Assembly: GCA_038845975.1 (NCBI GenBank)
Contig: JAWBQF010000013.1
Span: 1 to 64,000 of the forward strand
Origin: Candidatus Methanomethylicia archaeon
GTDB taxonomy: Archaea > Thermoproteota > Methanomethylicia > CALHIW01
Length of the DNA stretch: 64,000 bases
Direction of reading: 5' to 3'
The position numbers and the translations under genes are program-made. The notes under the pieces are model-generated. The model saw only the letters and a list, made by a program, of their open reading frames with translations, was not told where the DNA came from and ran no database searches. Of this stretch, positions 53,765 to 63,322 are shown in pieces. The stretch's first letter is position 1, and each line of letters opens with the position of its first letter.

Positions 53765-54655
53765 TCACCTACGTCTCCCAAGAATTCCTTCAGGCATTAC
53801 AAGCAATACAATAATTAGGATGAGAAAGCTTAGAAATGGAGTAAATGAAAAGGGTTCAATCCCTGGGAAATAGCCTAAAACTATAGGTGAGATTTGTTCT
53901 AGAAGACCGAGAATTAAACCACCAATCAATGCACCCCATGGATTCCCTAATCCACCTACAACAGCTATTACGAAGCATCTAAGTAGATATATATGCCCCA
54001 TGTATGGGTTTATACCTGTTGGAAGATAGACAACAATAAGTGATCCGCCGATAAATGCTAATACTGAACCTAAAGCAAAGCCTAGAGCTAGAGTAGTTTT
54101 AACATTTACACCGCAAATAGCTGCTGCACCTGAATCCCATATTACAGCTCTAATTGATTTACCGAAGTATGTTCTATACAGGATAAAGTATACTATAACT
54201 ATTATAATGATACATGATATAAATGTAAATATGTATGTGATTGGTAGGGAGAACCAGTAATGCTTAATAACTCCTAGAGCCCATGGAACTCCACGATAAT
54301 CAGCAGTCCATAAAACCTTCATAAGCTCTGCAAGAGCTATTCCTAGAGCAAATGTAGCTACGAGAGTGGAGTGAATATCAGGAGAGAATAGTAATCTATA
54401 GATTATAGTGTAGAATGTAAGTATACCAATAACGAATCCTAGTAGTGCGGAGAGAGGTATACTAGCGATTGGATTAAGACCTATTAAAACCCACGCCCAA
54501 TAGGCAGTATAGGCTCCTAATGTTAGGAATTCTGCATGGGTGAAATTAACAACCCTCATTACCCCCCATATTAGATTTAAACCCATAGTAGCTAAGCCAT
54601 AAACGGCCCCTATAATCACTCCGTATACTACTATCTGAACTATAAGTTCAAACAT
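53765..54655 (-). CDS. livH: ABC permease LivH-like
   Basis: GLNLIWGVMRVVNFTH, GKSIRAV, VVGGLG, PEGILG. Confidence 0.9.
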   Translation of the reverse strand: MFELIVQIVVYGVIIGAVYGLATMGLNLIWGVMRVVNFTHAEFLTLGAYTAYWAWVLIGLNPIASIPLSALLGFVIGILTFYTIIYRLLFSPDIHSTLVATFALGIALAELMKVLWTADYRGVPWALGVIKHYWFSLPITYIFTFISCIIIIVIVYFILYRTYFGKSIRAVIWDSGAAAICGVNVKTTLALGFALGSVLAFIGGSLIVVYLPTGINPYMGHIYLLRCFVIAVVGGLGNPWGALIGGLILGLLEQISPIVLGYFPGIEPFSFTPFLSFLILIIVLLVMPEGILGRRR

Positions 54656-54676
54656 AAAATCACCAAAAAGAAAAAA

Positions 54677-56107
54677 TTAGGGTTTTAGTTCTGGCCATCC
54701 TTCCTTTTCCTCCCATGTAGGCATAGGTATAGGATTAGAAGTAGCAAACTCAAATGGATAGATAACAGCGTAAACCAGCTTATTACCCTCCCCTCTCTGC
54801 CACTGTACTACAGGATTTATGGATCCAATCTGTTTAGCTGGATTCTCAGGATCCACCTTAAATCTTGACTTCACACAGTAAAAGTCAAGCTGCTTAGCAG
54901 CTTGTATCAGCTTATCAGGATTAAGACTTTGAGCGGTTTCTATACATTTAGCCGCAACAAGTACTGATATAGCTCCATATCCTGTATAGGCTGAGGGTCT
55001 TCCAGTTCCTCCAAGCTCATAATAGAGTTTTACAAGCTCATCACTTGTAGGACCATAATACTCCTTCCCCTCCTTAGCTGCTATAACATCCCACTTACAT
55101 TCAGGCTCCCATGTTGTTTCACCCATAAAGCCAACAGCCCACTTACCAAGATCACTAAATTCAGGTTTTGCAACCGTTACTTGTATTATTACCCATTTAA
55201 TATTTATTCTTAAATCTCTTAATTGTGTAGCTATTAAATATCCATCCTTGTAGTGGCCACCAACACAAAGTATATCTGGTTTAAGAGCTGCTATTTCTCT
55301 AAGCATTGGCGTAGCATCAGTAATATCTGGAGGATAAGACCTATCATAAACCACTTCAAAACCGAAATTCTTCGTCTTTATACGAGCTGATTCACCTAGA
55401 CTTCTACCCCATTCATCATCCTTAAATATTATAGCAACCTTCTTCGCTCCAGGATCTACTTCCTTAATCATAGTGAATGGGGTTTGCCAATAGTGTATTA
55501 CTGCGAATCCATGTGTAGAAACCATGTATTTAAATCCTTGCTGATATAGGGCATCAGAACTACCTCCAAAGTTTATTGAAAACATCTTATACTTTTCAGT
55601 TACTGGTGCTGTAGCCATAACAAATGTTGAGGCATATGGATGAATTACAATATGAACCTTATCCTCAGTAATAAGCTTCTCAACAAGCTTAACAGCATAA
55701 TCCCTCTTACTCTCACAATCATAGTATATTAGCTTTAACGGTACCTTCCTCCCCTTAAAGTTTACACCTCCATGATCATTAATCCATTTTACAGCACACT
55801 GTATACCCCTAAAGCTTGCAGCACCCTCAACAACCTGAGCACCACTTAGCTGTATTGCAACGCCTATACGTATCTCACTAGGAATCTCCTCAATCGGAGT
55901 TGTAGGTGTAGTTGGGGTAGGAGTTGTAGGGGTTGGAGTAGGAGGTGTGGTTGGTGTTGTGGGGGTGGTTGGAGTTGGTTTAGGGGAGGGGGATGTTGGA
56001 GATGGCGTAGGAGGAGTCATAACCATTGCTGCAGCCGCAATTATAGCTATAACAACAATAACAGCAATTATTATAGCTATAGTTTTAGATACCGCACGCG
56101 AGTACAT
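54677..56107 (-). CDS. LivK-type substrate-binding protein with Pro/Thr repeat linker
   Basis: IRIG...LSG, INDHGGV, YYDCES; PT-rich linker encoded at ~55895-56017. Confidence 0.9.
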   Translation of the reverse strand: MYSRAVSKTIAIIIAVIVVIAIIAAAAMVMTPPTPSPTSPSPKPTPTTPTTPTTPPTPTPTTPTPTTPTTPIEEIPSEIRIGVAIQLSGAQVVEGAASFRGIQCAVKWINDHGGVNFKGRKVPLKLIYYDCESKRDYAVKLVEKLITEDKVHIVIHPYASTFVMATAPVTEKYKMFSINFGGSSDALYQQGFKYMVSTHGFAVIHYWQTPFTMIKEVDPGAKKVAIIFKDDEWGRSLGESARIKTKNFGFEVVYDRSYPPDITDATPMLREIAALKPDILCVGGHYKDGYLIATQLRDLRINIKWVIIQVTVAKPEFSDLGKWAVGFMGETTWEPECKWDVIAAKEGKEYYGPTSDELVKLYYELGGTGRPSAYTGYGAISVLVAAKCIETAQSLNPDKLIQAAKQLDFYCVKSRFKVDPENPAKQIGSINPVVQWQRGEGNKLVYAVIYPFEFATSNPIPMPTWEEKEGWPELKP

Positions 56108-56160
56108 AATGCTCGTTAGCTAAACCTTAAACTCCCTTATAAACATAACGCATAACTTTA

Positions 56161-56711
56161 AGACGTATCAACTTATAGTTTAAATATTACCTAATAACTA
56201 CTACATTGAATCTAACAGCTTTACAAACTAAGTTTTACTTGAATCTTCTTAAATGGAATGTGAAAATGCTTTATAGATTTATTAATGAATTCATTACAAA
56301 ATTAAATATTAGCTTTCTTTACAAAAGATGTTTTAAGTGTTGTTTAAATCTAGCTGTTTGGTTGTTAACTAGCCTTTGTAATTTAACTAGGCTATGTTAA
56401 GCTGTTAATAGCTGACTTAAGATCAGCTAAAATGATATGCATATTACTCCTTCAAATATTATTCACATAGTGGAATCTTAATAGTTAATTATTGACATAA
56501 ATACTTTCAACATACAATAAATAAATGATATAATCCCCATTAAATCTAGGAATCTACTTATATATGGTTATGATCAATATGGAGTTCTGTAATCTTAAAC
56601 TATAAGGTAAGCTATTAAAGTCTACAAATACGAATAGTTGTTCACCAGAGAATTCACAACTACAAACTTAGTATAGAGGGGAAATCTAGTCAAACCAAAG
56701 TTGACAAACAT
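56161..56711. mobile_element. Probable ancient IS6-derived relic bounded by TIR-like ends
   Basis: GACGTATCAACTTA at 56162 and AAAGTTGACAAAC at 56697-56709 in inverted orientation. The interior has no recognisable transposase. Confidence 0.4.
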
Positions 56712-56775
56712 CAAACCGATGCAGTTAGATTTATATTTCTATAGATTTAGAGTTTGATAGGTTAAGGGTGATATT

Positions 56776-58290
56776 ATGGATATCTATGAGAGGATTAAGT
56801 GTAAGGATCTTTTAGATGTTGTTTTACCCCCTACCGAAGTAGTGAAAAAACATATACCTAGGAAAGGAACTATTGCTTGTAGTGGAATGGCGCAGATGAG
56901 TACTCCTAAAGTAGTTCCTATATTTCTCGCTAAGTATGTGGAGGAGACAGGTGAAGAGTTTAAACTGAATATCTATACTAGTGGTTCAGCAGCTCCTGAA
57001 CTTGATGGAGTATTAGCAAGAGTTAATGCTATCAATAGACGGTATGTTTACCAAAACAACCCTATTGTCAGGGAGAAAATAAATAGGGGGATAACTCACT
57101 ACTATGATATATGGCTTGGAGAGTTCCCCCGTCAGTTAAAGTACGGTTTTCTAAATGATGTTTGCGGCCCAATAGATGTAGCAATAATAGAGGCGGTAAG
57201 TATAAGGGAGGACGGGTTCATTATCCCTTCATTATCTCTTGATAATATACCTTTATATATGCAGCTTGCTAAGAAAGTTATTATTGAGCTAAATACTGCT
57301 AAACCTGAGAACCTTGAGGGAATACATGACGTATATTCTCCCCAGCCAGGAACCCCTATACCTATAGTTAGAGTTAATCAAAGAATTGGAGTTCCATATG
57401 TTCCATGCGATCCTAAAAAGATAGTAGCTATAGTTCCATCTGAAGCTCTTGAAAAGGAAATATTCTACGGAAAGCCAACAGTTATTGAGGAGAAAATAGT
57501 AGATAACTTATTCAACTTCCTACTAGATGAAGTTAAAAAAGGAAAAATATCTAAAAGCCTCTATCCTCTCCAAACAGGTATAGGTCCAATTGGAGATACT
57601 GTAGCTGCCAAGTTAATAGATTCTGACTTCACAGATTTAGAAATATGGACTGAAGTTGCTCAAGCAGGCTATCTAGATGCTTTAGATTCAGATAAGGTAA
57701 AATCATTAAGTACATCAGTGTTCATGATTCCCCCTGAAGATAAAAAGCATGGAGAAAGATTTTTGGAAAATCTAGCAGAATATAAGAAGTCTATAGTATT
57801 AAGACCTCTTGAAATTACAAACAACTCAGAACTAATAACCAGACTTAACCTTATAGCAATGAATCAAGCTATAGAAATCGATATTTACGGAAATGTAAAT
57901 ATGACACATGTACTTGGAAGTAGCGTAGTTAACGGTGTTGGAGGTTCAGGAGAATTTGCAAGATCCTCCTATCTCTCTATATTCCTACTCTCATCTACAG
58001 CTAGAGATAATAAAATTTCCAGAATTGTTCCAATGACACCCCATGTAGATGTAACAGATCATGATGTTGATGTTATAGTAACGGAGCATGGATGGGCTGA
58101 TCTTAGAGGATTATCTCCAAGAGAAAGAGCTAAGGAAATAATAGAGAAATGCTCCTCACCGGAATATAAAGATGAACTATGGAAATACTTTAATGAAGCA
58201 TGTAGAAAAGTTGGAGGACATATACCACACATTCTCTCTAAAGCCTTCTCATTCCATGAAAGACTAATAGAAACAGGAAGTATGAAGTAA
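56776..58290 (+). CDS. Acetyl-CoA hydrolase/succinyl-CoA:acetate CoA-transferase family (class I)
   Basis: LQTGIG, WTEV, EIDIYGNVN, NGVGGSGEF, VTEHGWADLRGLSP. Confidence 0.92.
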   Translation: MDIYERIKCKDLLDVVLPPTEVVKKHIPRKGTIACSGMAQMSTPKVVPIFLAKYVEETGEEFKLNIYTSGSAAPELDGVLARVNAINRRYVYQNNPIVREKINRGITHYYDIWLGEFPRQLKYGFLNDVCGPIDVAIIEAVSIREDGFIIPSLSLDNIPLYMQLAKKVIIELNTAKPENLEGIHDVYSPQPGTPIPIVRVNQRIGVPYVPCDPKKIVAIVPSEALEKEIFYGKPTVIEEKIVDNLFNFLLDEVKKGKISKSLYPLQTGIGPIGDTVAAKLIDSDFTDLEIWTEVAQAGYLDALDSDKVKSLSTSVFMIPPEDKKHGERFLENLAEYKKSIVLRPLEITNNSELITRLNLIAMNQAIEIDIYGNVNMTHVLGSSVVNGVGGSGEFARSSYLSIFLLSSTARDNKISRIVPMTPHVDVTDHDVDVIVTEHGWADLRGLSPRERAKEIIEKCSSPEYKDELWKYFNEACRKVGGHIPHILSKAFSFHERLIETGSMK

Positions 58291-58664
58291 TTATAACTCA
58301 CAAATCTAACTTATCTACATGTATACTAATTAGGCTATTAAAATCTATTTATACTCATCTTTTAAGTATAAGACGTACAATATATAGTAAATATCTGATA
58401 GCTTAAGAAGTAAGTTGTCTAGTATACATTAATATAGGTAAAGATATCTTACTAATCTCCAGGCTTATTATTTAAGCTTAATATTCTTTGATTTATCTTT
58501 TAAATCTATACCTTTATGTACTTCTTCAACTTCACTACATAAATCCTTAACAAGATCTTTAGGACCTATAGCATCAACTTTACCCTTATCATATCTATTA
58601 GTTTTAGGGCTAATCACAAATATTTAGATAATAACATATATAAAAACTTAACTTATTTCTTATA

Positions 58665-58870
58665 CGCCTTGTAAGCTTTAGCTTTATTTAGAAACTTTCC
58701 CCCTTATTTATGGTGGCAATATAGCTAGAGTTATTAGATTATAGGGGAAGCTTCACATACCCTAGTTGTATCTATATATTTGTTTATTTAGATGATTTCA
58801 GATATTTTAAGCTTATTGTAGAGTTATGCATCCATGTATGGTTTATCTTAAGCTATTCGAATCTATGGGA
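58665..58870 (+). mobile_element. IS6-family group A end fragment (copy 4)
   Basis: GCCTTGTAAGCTTTAGCTTTATTTAG... matches the reverse complement of the right ends of copies 1-3. Confidence 0.6.
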
Positions 58871-59016
58871 AATGTTAGGATTAATTGTTAATAATATTCC
58901 TAATAGGTAGATTCTAAAGGTAAGATTACTGCTCTTATATTCTATTGAATAATTGTTCACCATATTGACTTGATTTACATGATATAGAAATCATTACAAA
59001 TCTATGAGGGGCATAA

Positions 59017-59913
59017 TCAATCATTCTTGCTTCTCTCAGTTATTTCCTTTACTAGTTGTAGAAGGGATTTTGCTTGTTTATATGTTGCTTCATCAATCAT
59101 TCTTCCAGCATATGTTGTTGCTCCAAGACCTTTAACTAATGCATCCTCATATGCTTTAACAATTCCTTCAGCTTCCTCAACTTCTTGAGGTGATGGTGTA
59201 AAGATCTTATTTACTATTTCAACATGAGATGGATGAATAACAAACTTACCTTTAAATCCAAGCGCTGAAGCTATTCTTGTCTCCCTTTCTAATCCCTCCA
59301 TATCTATTATTAAGCCTAAATATACCGTATCTAAAGCTAAGATATTGTAGGCATGGGCTGTAATGGATATTACAGATCTAATGTATAGAAGTTCAAACTC
59401 ATCTTTTGAAAGCTGCATATAGCTTCTACCTAGATCACGTAGGAAGTCCGCAGCTCCAAATGTTAAAGCTACTATTCTAGGGCTTGCCTTAACTACTTCA
59501 TTTATATTTACTAATCCCTTAGCACTTTCAATTATTGGTATTATGGATATTCTATTCTTTAAATTCTTCCTATTCTCTTCAGCTTTAATAGCTTCCTCAA
59601 GCATAAATATATCATTTCCAGATTCTGTTTTAGGTAGTACAATACCATCCAATGTTTTCTGAACAGCATACTTAACATCTTCACCATATAGACCGGAGCT
59701 AATACTATTAACTCTTACAAATATGCTTGAGCTCTTAGGCTTATCCTCAATATCCTCTAGGAAGTCCTTAATAAACCATCTTGCAGTTTCCTTTTCACCT
59801 ATAGGTACAGAATCCTCTAGATCTAAAACTATAGCATCAGCTCTCTCACTTAGTGATCTTGTAATCATTCTCCAGCTATTTGCTGGAACAAATAGTAGCG
59901 ATCTTAAAATCAT
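59017..59913 (-). CDS. CitE/malyl-CoA-lyase superfamily acyl-CoA lyase
   Basis: RSLLFVPAN, DLEDSVP, VRVN, PK, IESAKG, FGAADF, GK..IHP. Confidence 0.9.
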   Translation of the reverse strand: MILRSLLFVPANSWRMITRSLSERADAIVLDLEDSVPIGEKETARWFIKDFLEDIEDKPKSSSIFVRVNSISSGLYGEDVKYAVQKTLDGIVLPKTESGNDIFMLEEAIKAEENRKNLKNRISIIPIIESAKGLVNINEVVKASPRIVALTFGAADFLRDLGRSYMQLSKDEFELLYIRSVISITAHAYNILALDTVYLGLIIDMEGLERETRIASALGFKGKFVIHPSHVEIVNKIFTPSPQEVEEAEGIVKAYEDALVKGLGATTYAGRMIDEATYKQAKSLLQLVKEITERSKND

Positions 59914-59917
59914 GGTT

Positions 59918-60814
59918 TCACCTCCTTAAAATCTTGGATAGCGTTATAGCAATGTCTTTAGGCTTATCGACAATATATGCTCCAGCATCTTTAAGAGCTT
60001 TAATCTTACTTTCAGCAGATCCTCTACCTCTCTCAACTATAGCGCTTGCATGTGAAAACCTTATACCTGATGGTAGGAATCTACCTGCTATATATGCTAC
60101 TAGAGGCTTTGTAAATCCACCGCTTCTAATTAGCTCTGCAGCTTCCTCCTCCTGTACACCGCCAATCTCTCCAAATAGGGCTACAGCTTCGGTTTCCTCA
60201 TCTTTCTCAAACATTTCAAGTAGTTCAGCCTCAACAGTTCCAAGTAGGGGCTCAGCACCTACATGTACTGCTGTAGTTATACCTAGTCCAGCCCTACATA
60301 TACTCCATGAAACTGTTGTTGTCTGCCCACCACTACGGGAAATAACCCCTATAGATCCTGGCTTAAAGGCTTCCCTAGCATTCTCTATGGATCCTCCAAC
60401 CCATCCAAGTACAGCTTTCCCAGTACTTATAGTTCCAAAGGATCCTGGACCGATAATCCTAACTTCCTTAACTCTGGCATAGGCTATTATTTCAAGCACG
60501 TCATGTACTGGAACATGCTCAGTAGGAATCTGGAGTATCTTAATATTGCTATTTATAGCTTCAAAAGCAGCCTTCTTAACTTCCTGTGGAGGTACAAGAA
60601 TAACTGAAGCATCAACCTCTCCATGAGCTTTTTTAAGCTCCTCTACACTATTATATACTGGAACACCCCATACATTTAATCCTCCACGTCCAGGAGTTAC
60701 ACCTCCAACAATCTTAGTACCATACTCCAACATGTATCGAGCTGCAAACTCCCCTGTTCTACCAGTTATTCCCTGAACAATAACTCTAGTTTCCTCATTG
60801 ATAAGTATAGCCAT
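59918..60814 (-). CDS. Divergent acid:CoA ligase alpha subunit (SucD/ACL-like)
   Basis: QGITG, GVTPG, GEIGG, RFSHASAI (phospho-His retained). Confidence 0.85.
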   Translation of the reverse strand: MAILINEETRVIVQGITGRTGEFAARYMLEYGTKIVGGVTPGRGGLNVWGVPVYNSVEELKKAHGEVDASVILVPPQEVKKAAFEAINSNIKILQIPTEHVPVHDVLEIIAYARVKEVRIIGPGSFGTISTGKAVLGWVGGSIENAREAFKPGSIGVISRSGGQTTTVSWSICRAGLGITTAVHVGAEPLLGTVEAELLEMFEKDEETEAVALFGEIGGVQEEEAAELIRSGGFTKPLVAYIAGRFLPSGIRFSHASAIVERGRGSAESKIKALKDAGAYIVDKPKDIAITLSKILRR

Positions 60815-60822
60815 AATCCCAC

Positions 60823-61083
60823 CTAAAGTGGAACCACTACCTTAACTGCTTTACCACCACTCCATTCACAGTGTATCTCACATGCTAAACATTCATTACA
60901 TATTCTACTTGCTTCATCCATGTTAACAGCTAAGACAGGTTTTCCATTAGCTATTTTTAGAATACTCCTACCGTAAAGTCTATCAGCCTTAACACATGCA
61001 AACCTACATTTAGGAGCTATACACTTATCATAGTCTATTATGACTTCACATGTCCTCGTCTTAAAGATAAGTCTATTAGACAT
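60823..61083 (-). CDS. Atypical ferredoxin-like protein
   Basis: C-x4-C-x3-C-x3-D and C-x2-C-x2-C-x3-C motifs; TAATG coupling with the upstream gene. Confidence 0.75.
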   Translation of the reverse strand: MSNRLIFKTRTCEVIIDYDKCIAPKCRFACVKADRLYGRSILKIANGKPVLAVNMDEASRICNECLACEIHCEWSGGKAVKVVVPL

Positions 61084-62324
61084 TATTTCACCTCCTTTAG
61101 ATAAGCATCAACAAGTTCCTTAACCCTATCAGCTATGAAATCTGTTTCATAAATATAGTCTCTACCATAAATCTCTAGTCTTATAGGTAGATCTTTAAGG
61201 CCTCTTCTTATTATTTCATGTGTTTCAGCCTCCTTATTACCTGCTAGGAGAATAACTACTGGAAATCCGGGTTTATCCTTAAGCATTTCATTTAATGCTT
61301 TAACAATAGCATGACCGTGATGCCACTGCTCCTGACTTGCAAGTGTAGACCCAATTAAAACATATCCAACTACTCCAGGCTGGGAAAGTATTGCTTTAAC
61401 AACTCTATAAACCTTTGATGCTGGCGGATCTCCGCTTGTATCTGCATAATTCGCTATTTTGATACCTCTTTTAATTAAAGCATCTGCTGCAAGCATGGCT
61501 CCACCCCCACCAATACCGTGAAATCCTACACAACCGCTAGTATCTTGAACTAACTGTATGAAGTATCCTGTTCCACGCGGATCATTCTCCTCATAACTCC
61601 AAATTCTCTTTTCAATCTCAGTAAATTCTCTACCAATATCTCTAGGAGCTTTAATTTCTGGATGTCTATATAGGGAATTATCATCAATTGTTATTCTACA
61701 ATCAGCAGCAACCAATTCACCACTACTAGTTAATACTAGTGGGTTTATTTCAGCAATTGTTGCATCATAATCTTTAGATAGCTTAAATAACTTACATGCA
61801 GTATCAGTTACCATATTAACTATGTTATCACTAAGCTGGAAAGCTGAAAGCTCCTTTTTAACATTTTCAATATTAAACCCGCTTATGGGATTAATAGTTA
61901 TGCTCCTAATCTTCTCAGGACTTCTAGAAGCTACTTCCTCTATATCTACACCCCCCTCAATACTAAATATTAATGTTTGAGCTCTTACTCTATATGAATC
62001 ATTAACAATTAACCCAAGATAGAATTCATGTTTAACATCTAGTTTCTCCTCTATTAGAATCTTATCAACTTTAAAACCCCTAATATTGGATCCTAAAAGA
62101 CTTCGAGCAGTTTCTTTAACTTCCAAATTGTTTGATGCTATTTTTATCCCTCCAGCTTTAAAACGTCCAGTAATATGTATCTGAGCCTTTACCATAACTG
62201 GATATTTAACTCTAAATGATACTTCACTAGCCTCCTCAAATGTACTGGCAACAAAGCCATTAGGAATCTTTATGCCATACATCTCAAGTAAACGCTTACC
62301 CTGATATTCAAGAAGACGGGCCAA
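61083..62324 (-). CDS. Divergent acid:CoA ligase beta subunit (ATP-grasp, ACL/Ccs-like substrate domain)
   Basis: LLEYQGK, KAQ..GRFKAGGI, EINPL; substrate domain GIGGGGAML, ANYADTSGDPP, GSTLASQ. Confidence 0.85.
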   Translation of the reverse strand: MARLLEYQGKRLLEMYGIKIPNGFVASTFEEASEVSFRVKYPVMVKAQIHITGRFKAGGIKIASNNLEVKETARSLLGSNIRGFKVDKILIEEKLDVKHEFYLGLIVNDSYRVRAQTLIFSIEGGVDIEEVASRSPEKIRSITINPISGFNIENVKKELSAFQLSDNIVNMVTDTACKLFKLSKDYDATIAEINPLVLTSSGELVAADCRITIDDNSLYRHPEIKAPRDIGREFTEIEKRIWSYEENDPRGTGYFIQLVQDTSGCVGFHGIGGGGAMLAADALIKRGIKIANYADTSGDPPASKVYRVVKAILSQPGVVGYVLIGSTLASQEQWHHGHAIVKALNEMLKDKPGFPVVILLAGNKEAETHEIIRRGLKDLPIRLEIYGRDYIYETDFIADRVKELVDAYLKEVK

Positions 62325-62636
62325 GACATCACCTAGCGGAATAATACTGGAAACATTTATGTTTTTCGGGAGCTAATTAAACCTTTCAAGATATTGAATG
62401 ACTGAATAATTAAGTTTACAAGACCAGCATATTCTAGAAAATTTACCTAAATCGTTTACATAAAACAAATTATATATACTTCACATTTATACATTAAGTC
62501 TATCATGCACTAATCTGGTATTTACTTAGACAATCTTAACATATTTAGCTTAATTTAAACATTAATTATGCTGTATAGAGATTTAGATATTTTAATACTA
62601 CTATAAGTTTATTTATTAGCTTCATAATTTATAGTT

Positions 62637-63322
62637 ATGGTTGAAAACATTTTAGAGAAGGTTCTTAGAGAAGTGGAAGAGAATCCTGAACTAGCATATA
62701 AACTATACGATATATTAAGAAGAAAATTTGTAACTATAGAATTATTGGAGGAATACATGAAGAGGAGTGATAGAAGATTTAGTAAGCTATTAAGGGAGAT
62801 AAAAATATTGAGAAGGGATTGGGGCAAAAGATTTGAGGCTGTAGAGAAAACATTACTTGAGCATAGTAAAAGGCTTGAAGCAATAGAGAAAACATTACTT
62901 GAGCATACTAGGCTTATTGGTGAGGTTAGGGCTGGTATTGGCGGTATTACTAGGAGGCTTGGAATGGATTTGGAGAAGACAATTTTAAATGTATATAGGG
63001 ATGTATTGGAGGGACTAGGTATTAAGCCAGGCAAAGTTGAGAAGTTTATATATAAGGATATTGACGGTAAATACTATAAGAGGGGGCCAGAATAGATTTA
63101 GCTATATATGTTCATGATGAGGACGTATACTTCATGGAGGTTAAAAGCCTAATAGAAATAGATGATATTGAATGGTTTAACCAGAAATGCGAAATAGTAG
63201 AGAGAATAATAGGTAGAAAACCGAGAAGAAAAATAGCTATAGGAATAAACATGGTAAAGGAAGCATATGAAAGGACAAAAGAGCTAAACATAGAGGCAAT
63301 ATACGGAGCAATAATAGAATAG
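62637..63322 (+). pseudogene. Coiled-coil + PD-(D/E)XK (DUF3782-type) gene split by a single frameshift
   Basis: Coiled-coil with a 42-bp repeat. Adding one G to the G5 run at 63082-63086 joins KRG-ARIDLAIYVHDEDVYFMEVKS. Confidence 0.75.
62826..62909 (+). repeat. Tandem 42-bp (14-aa) repeat x2
   Basis: KRFEAVEKTLLEHS / KRLEAIEKTLLEHT with shared TAGAGAAAACATTACTTGAGCATA. Confidence 0.85.

Noticed and set aside
1488-63034. Many antisense ORFs in the track (e.g. 7868-8404, 30836-31399, 41200-41664, 59880-60482, 62609-63034)
   Set aside because: They are shadow frames of well-supported genes on the opposite strand.
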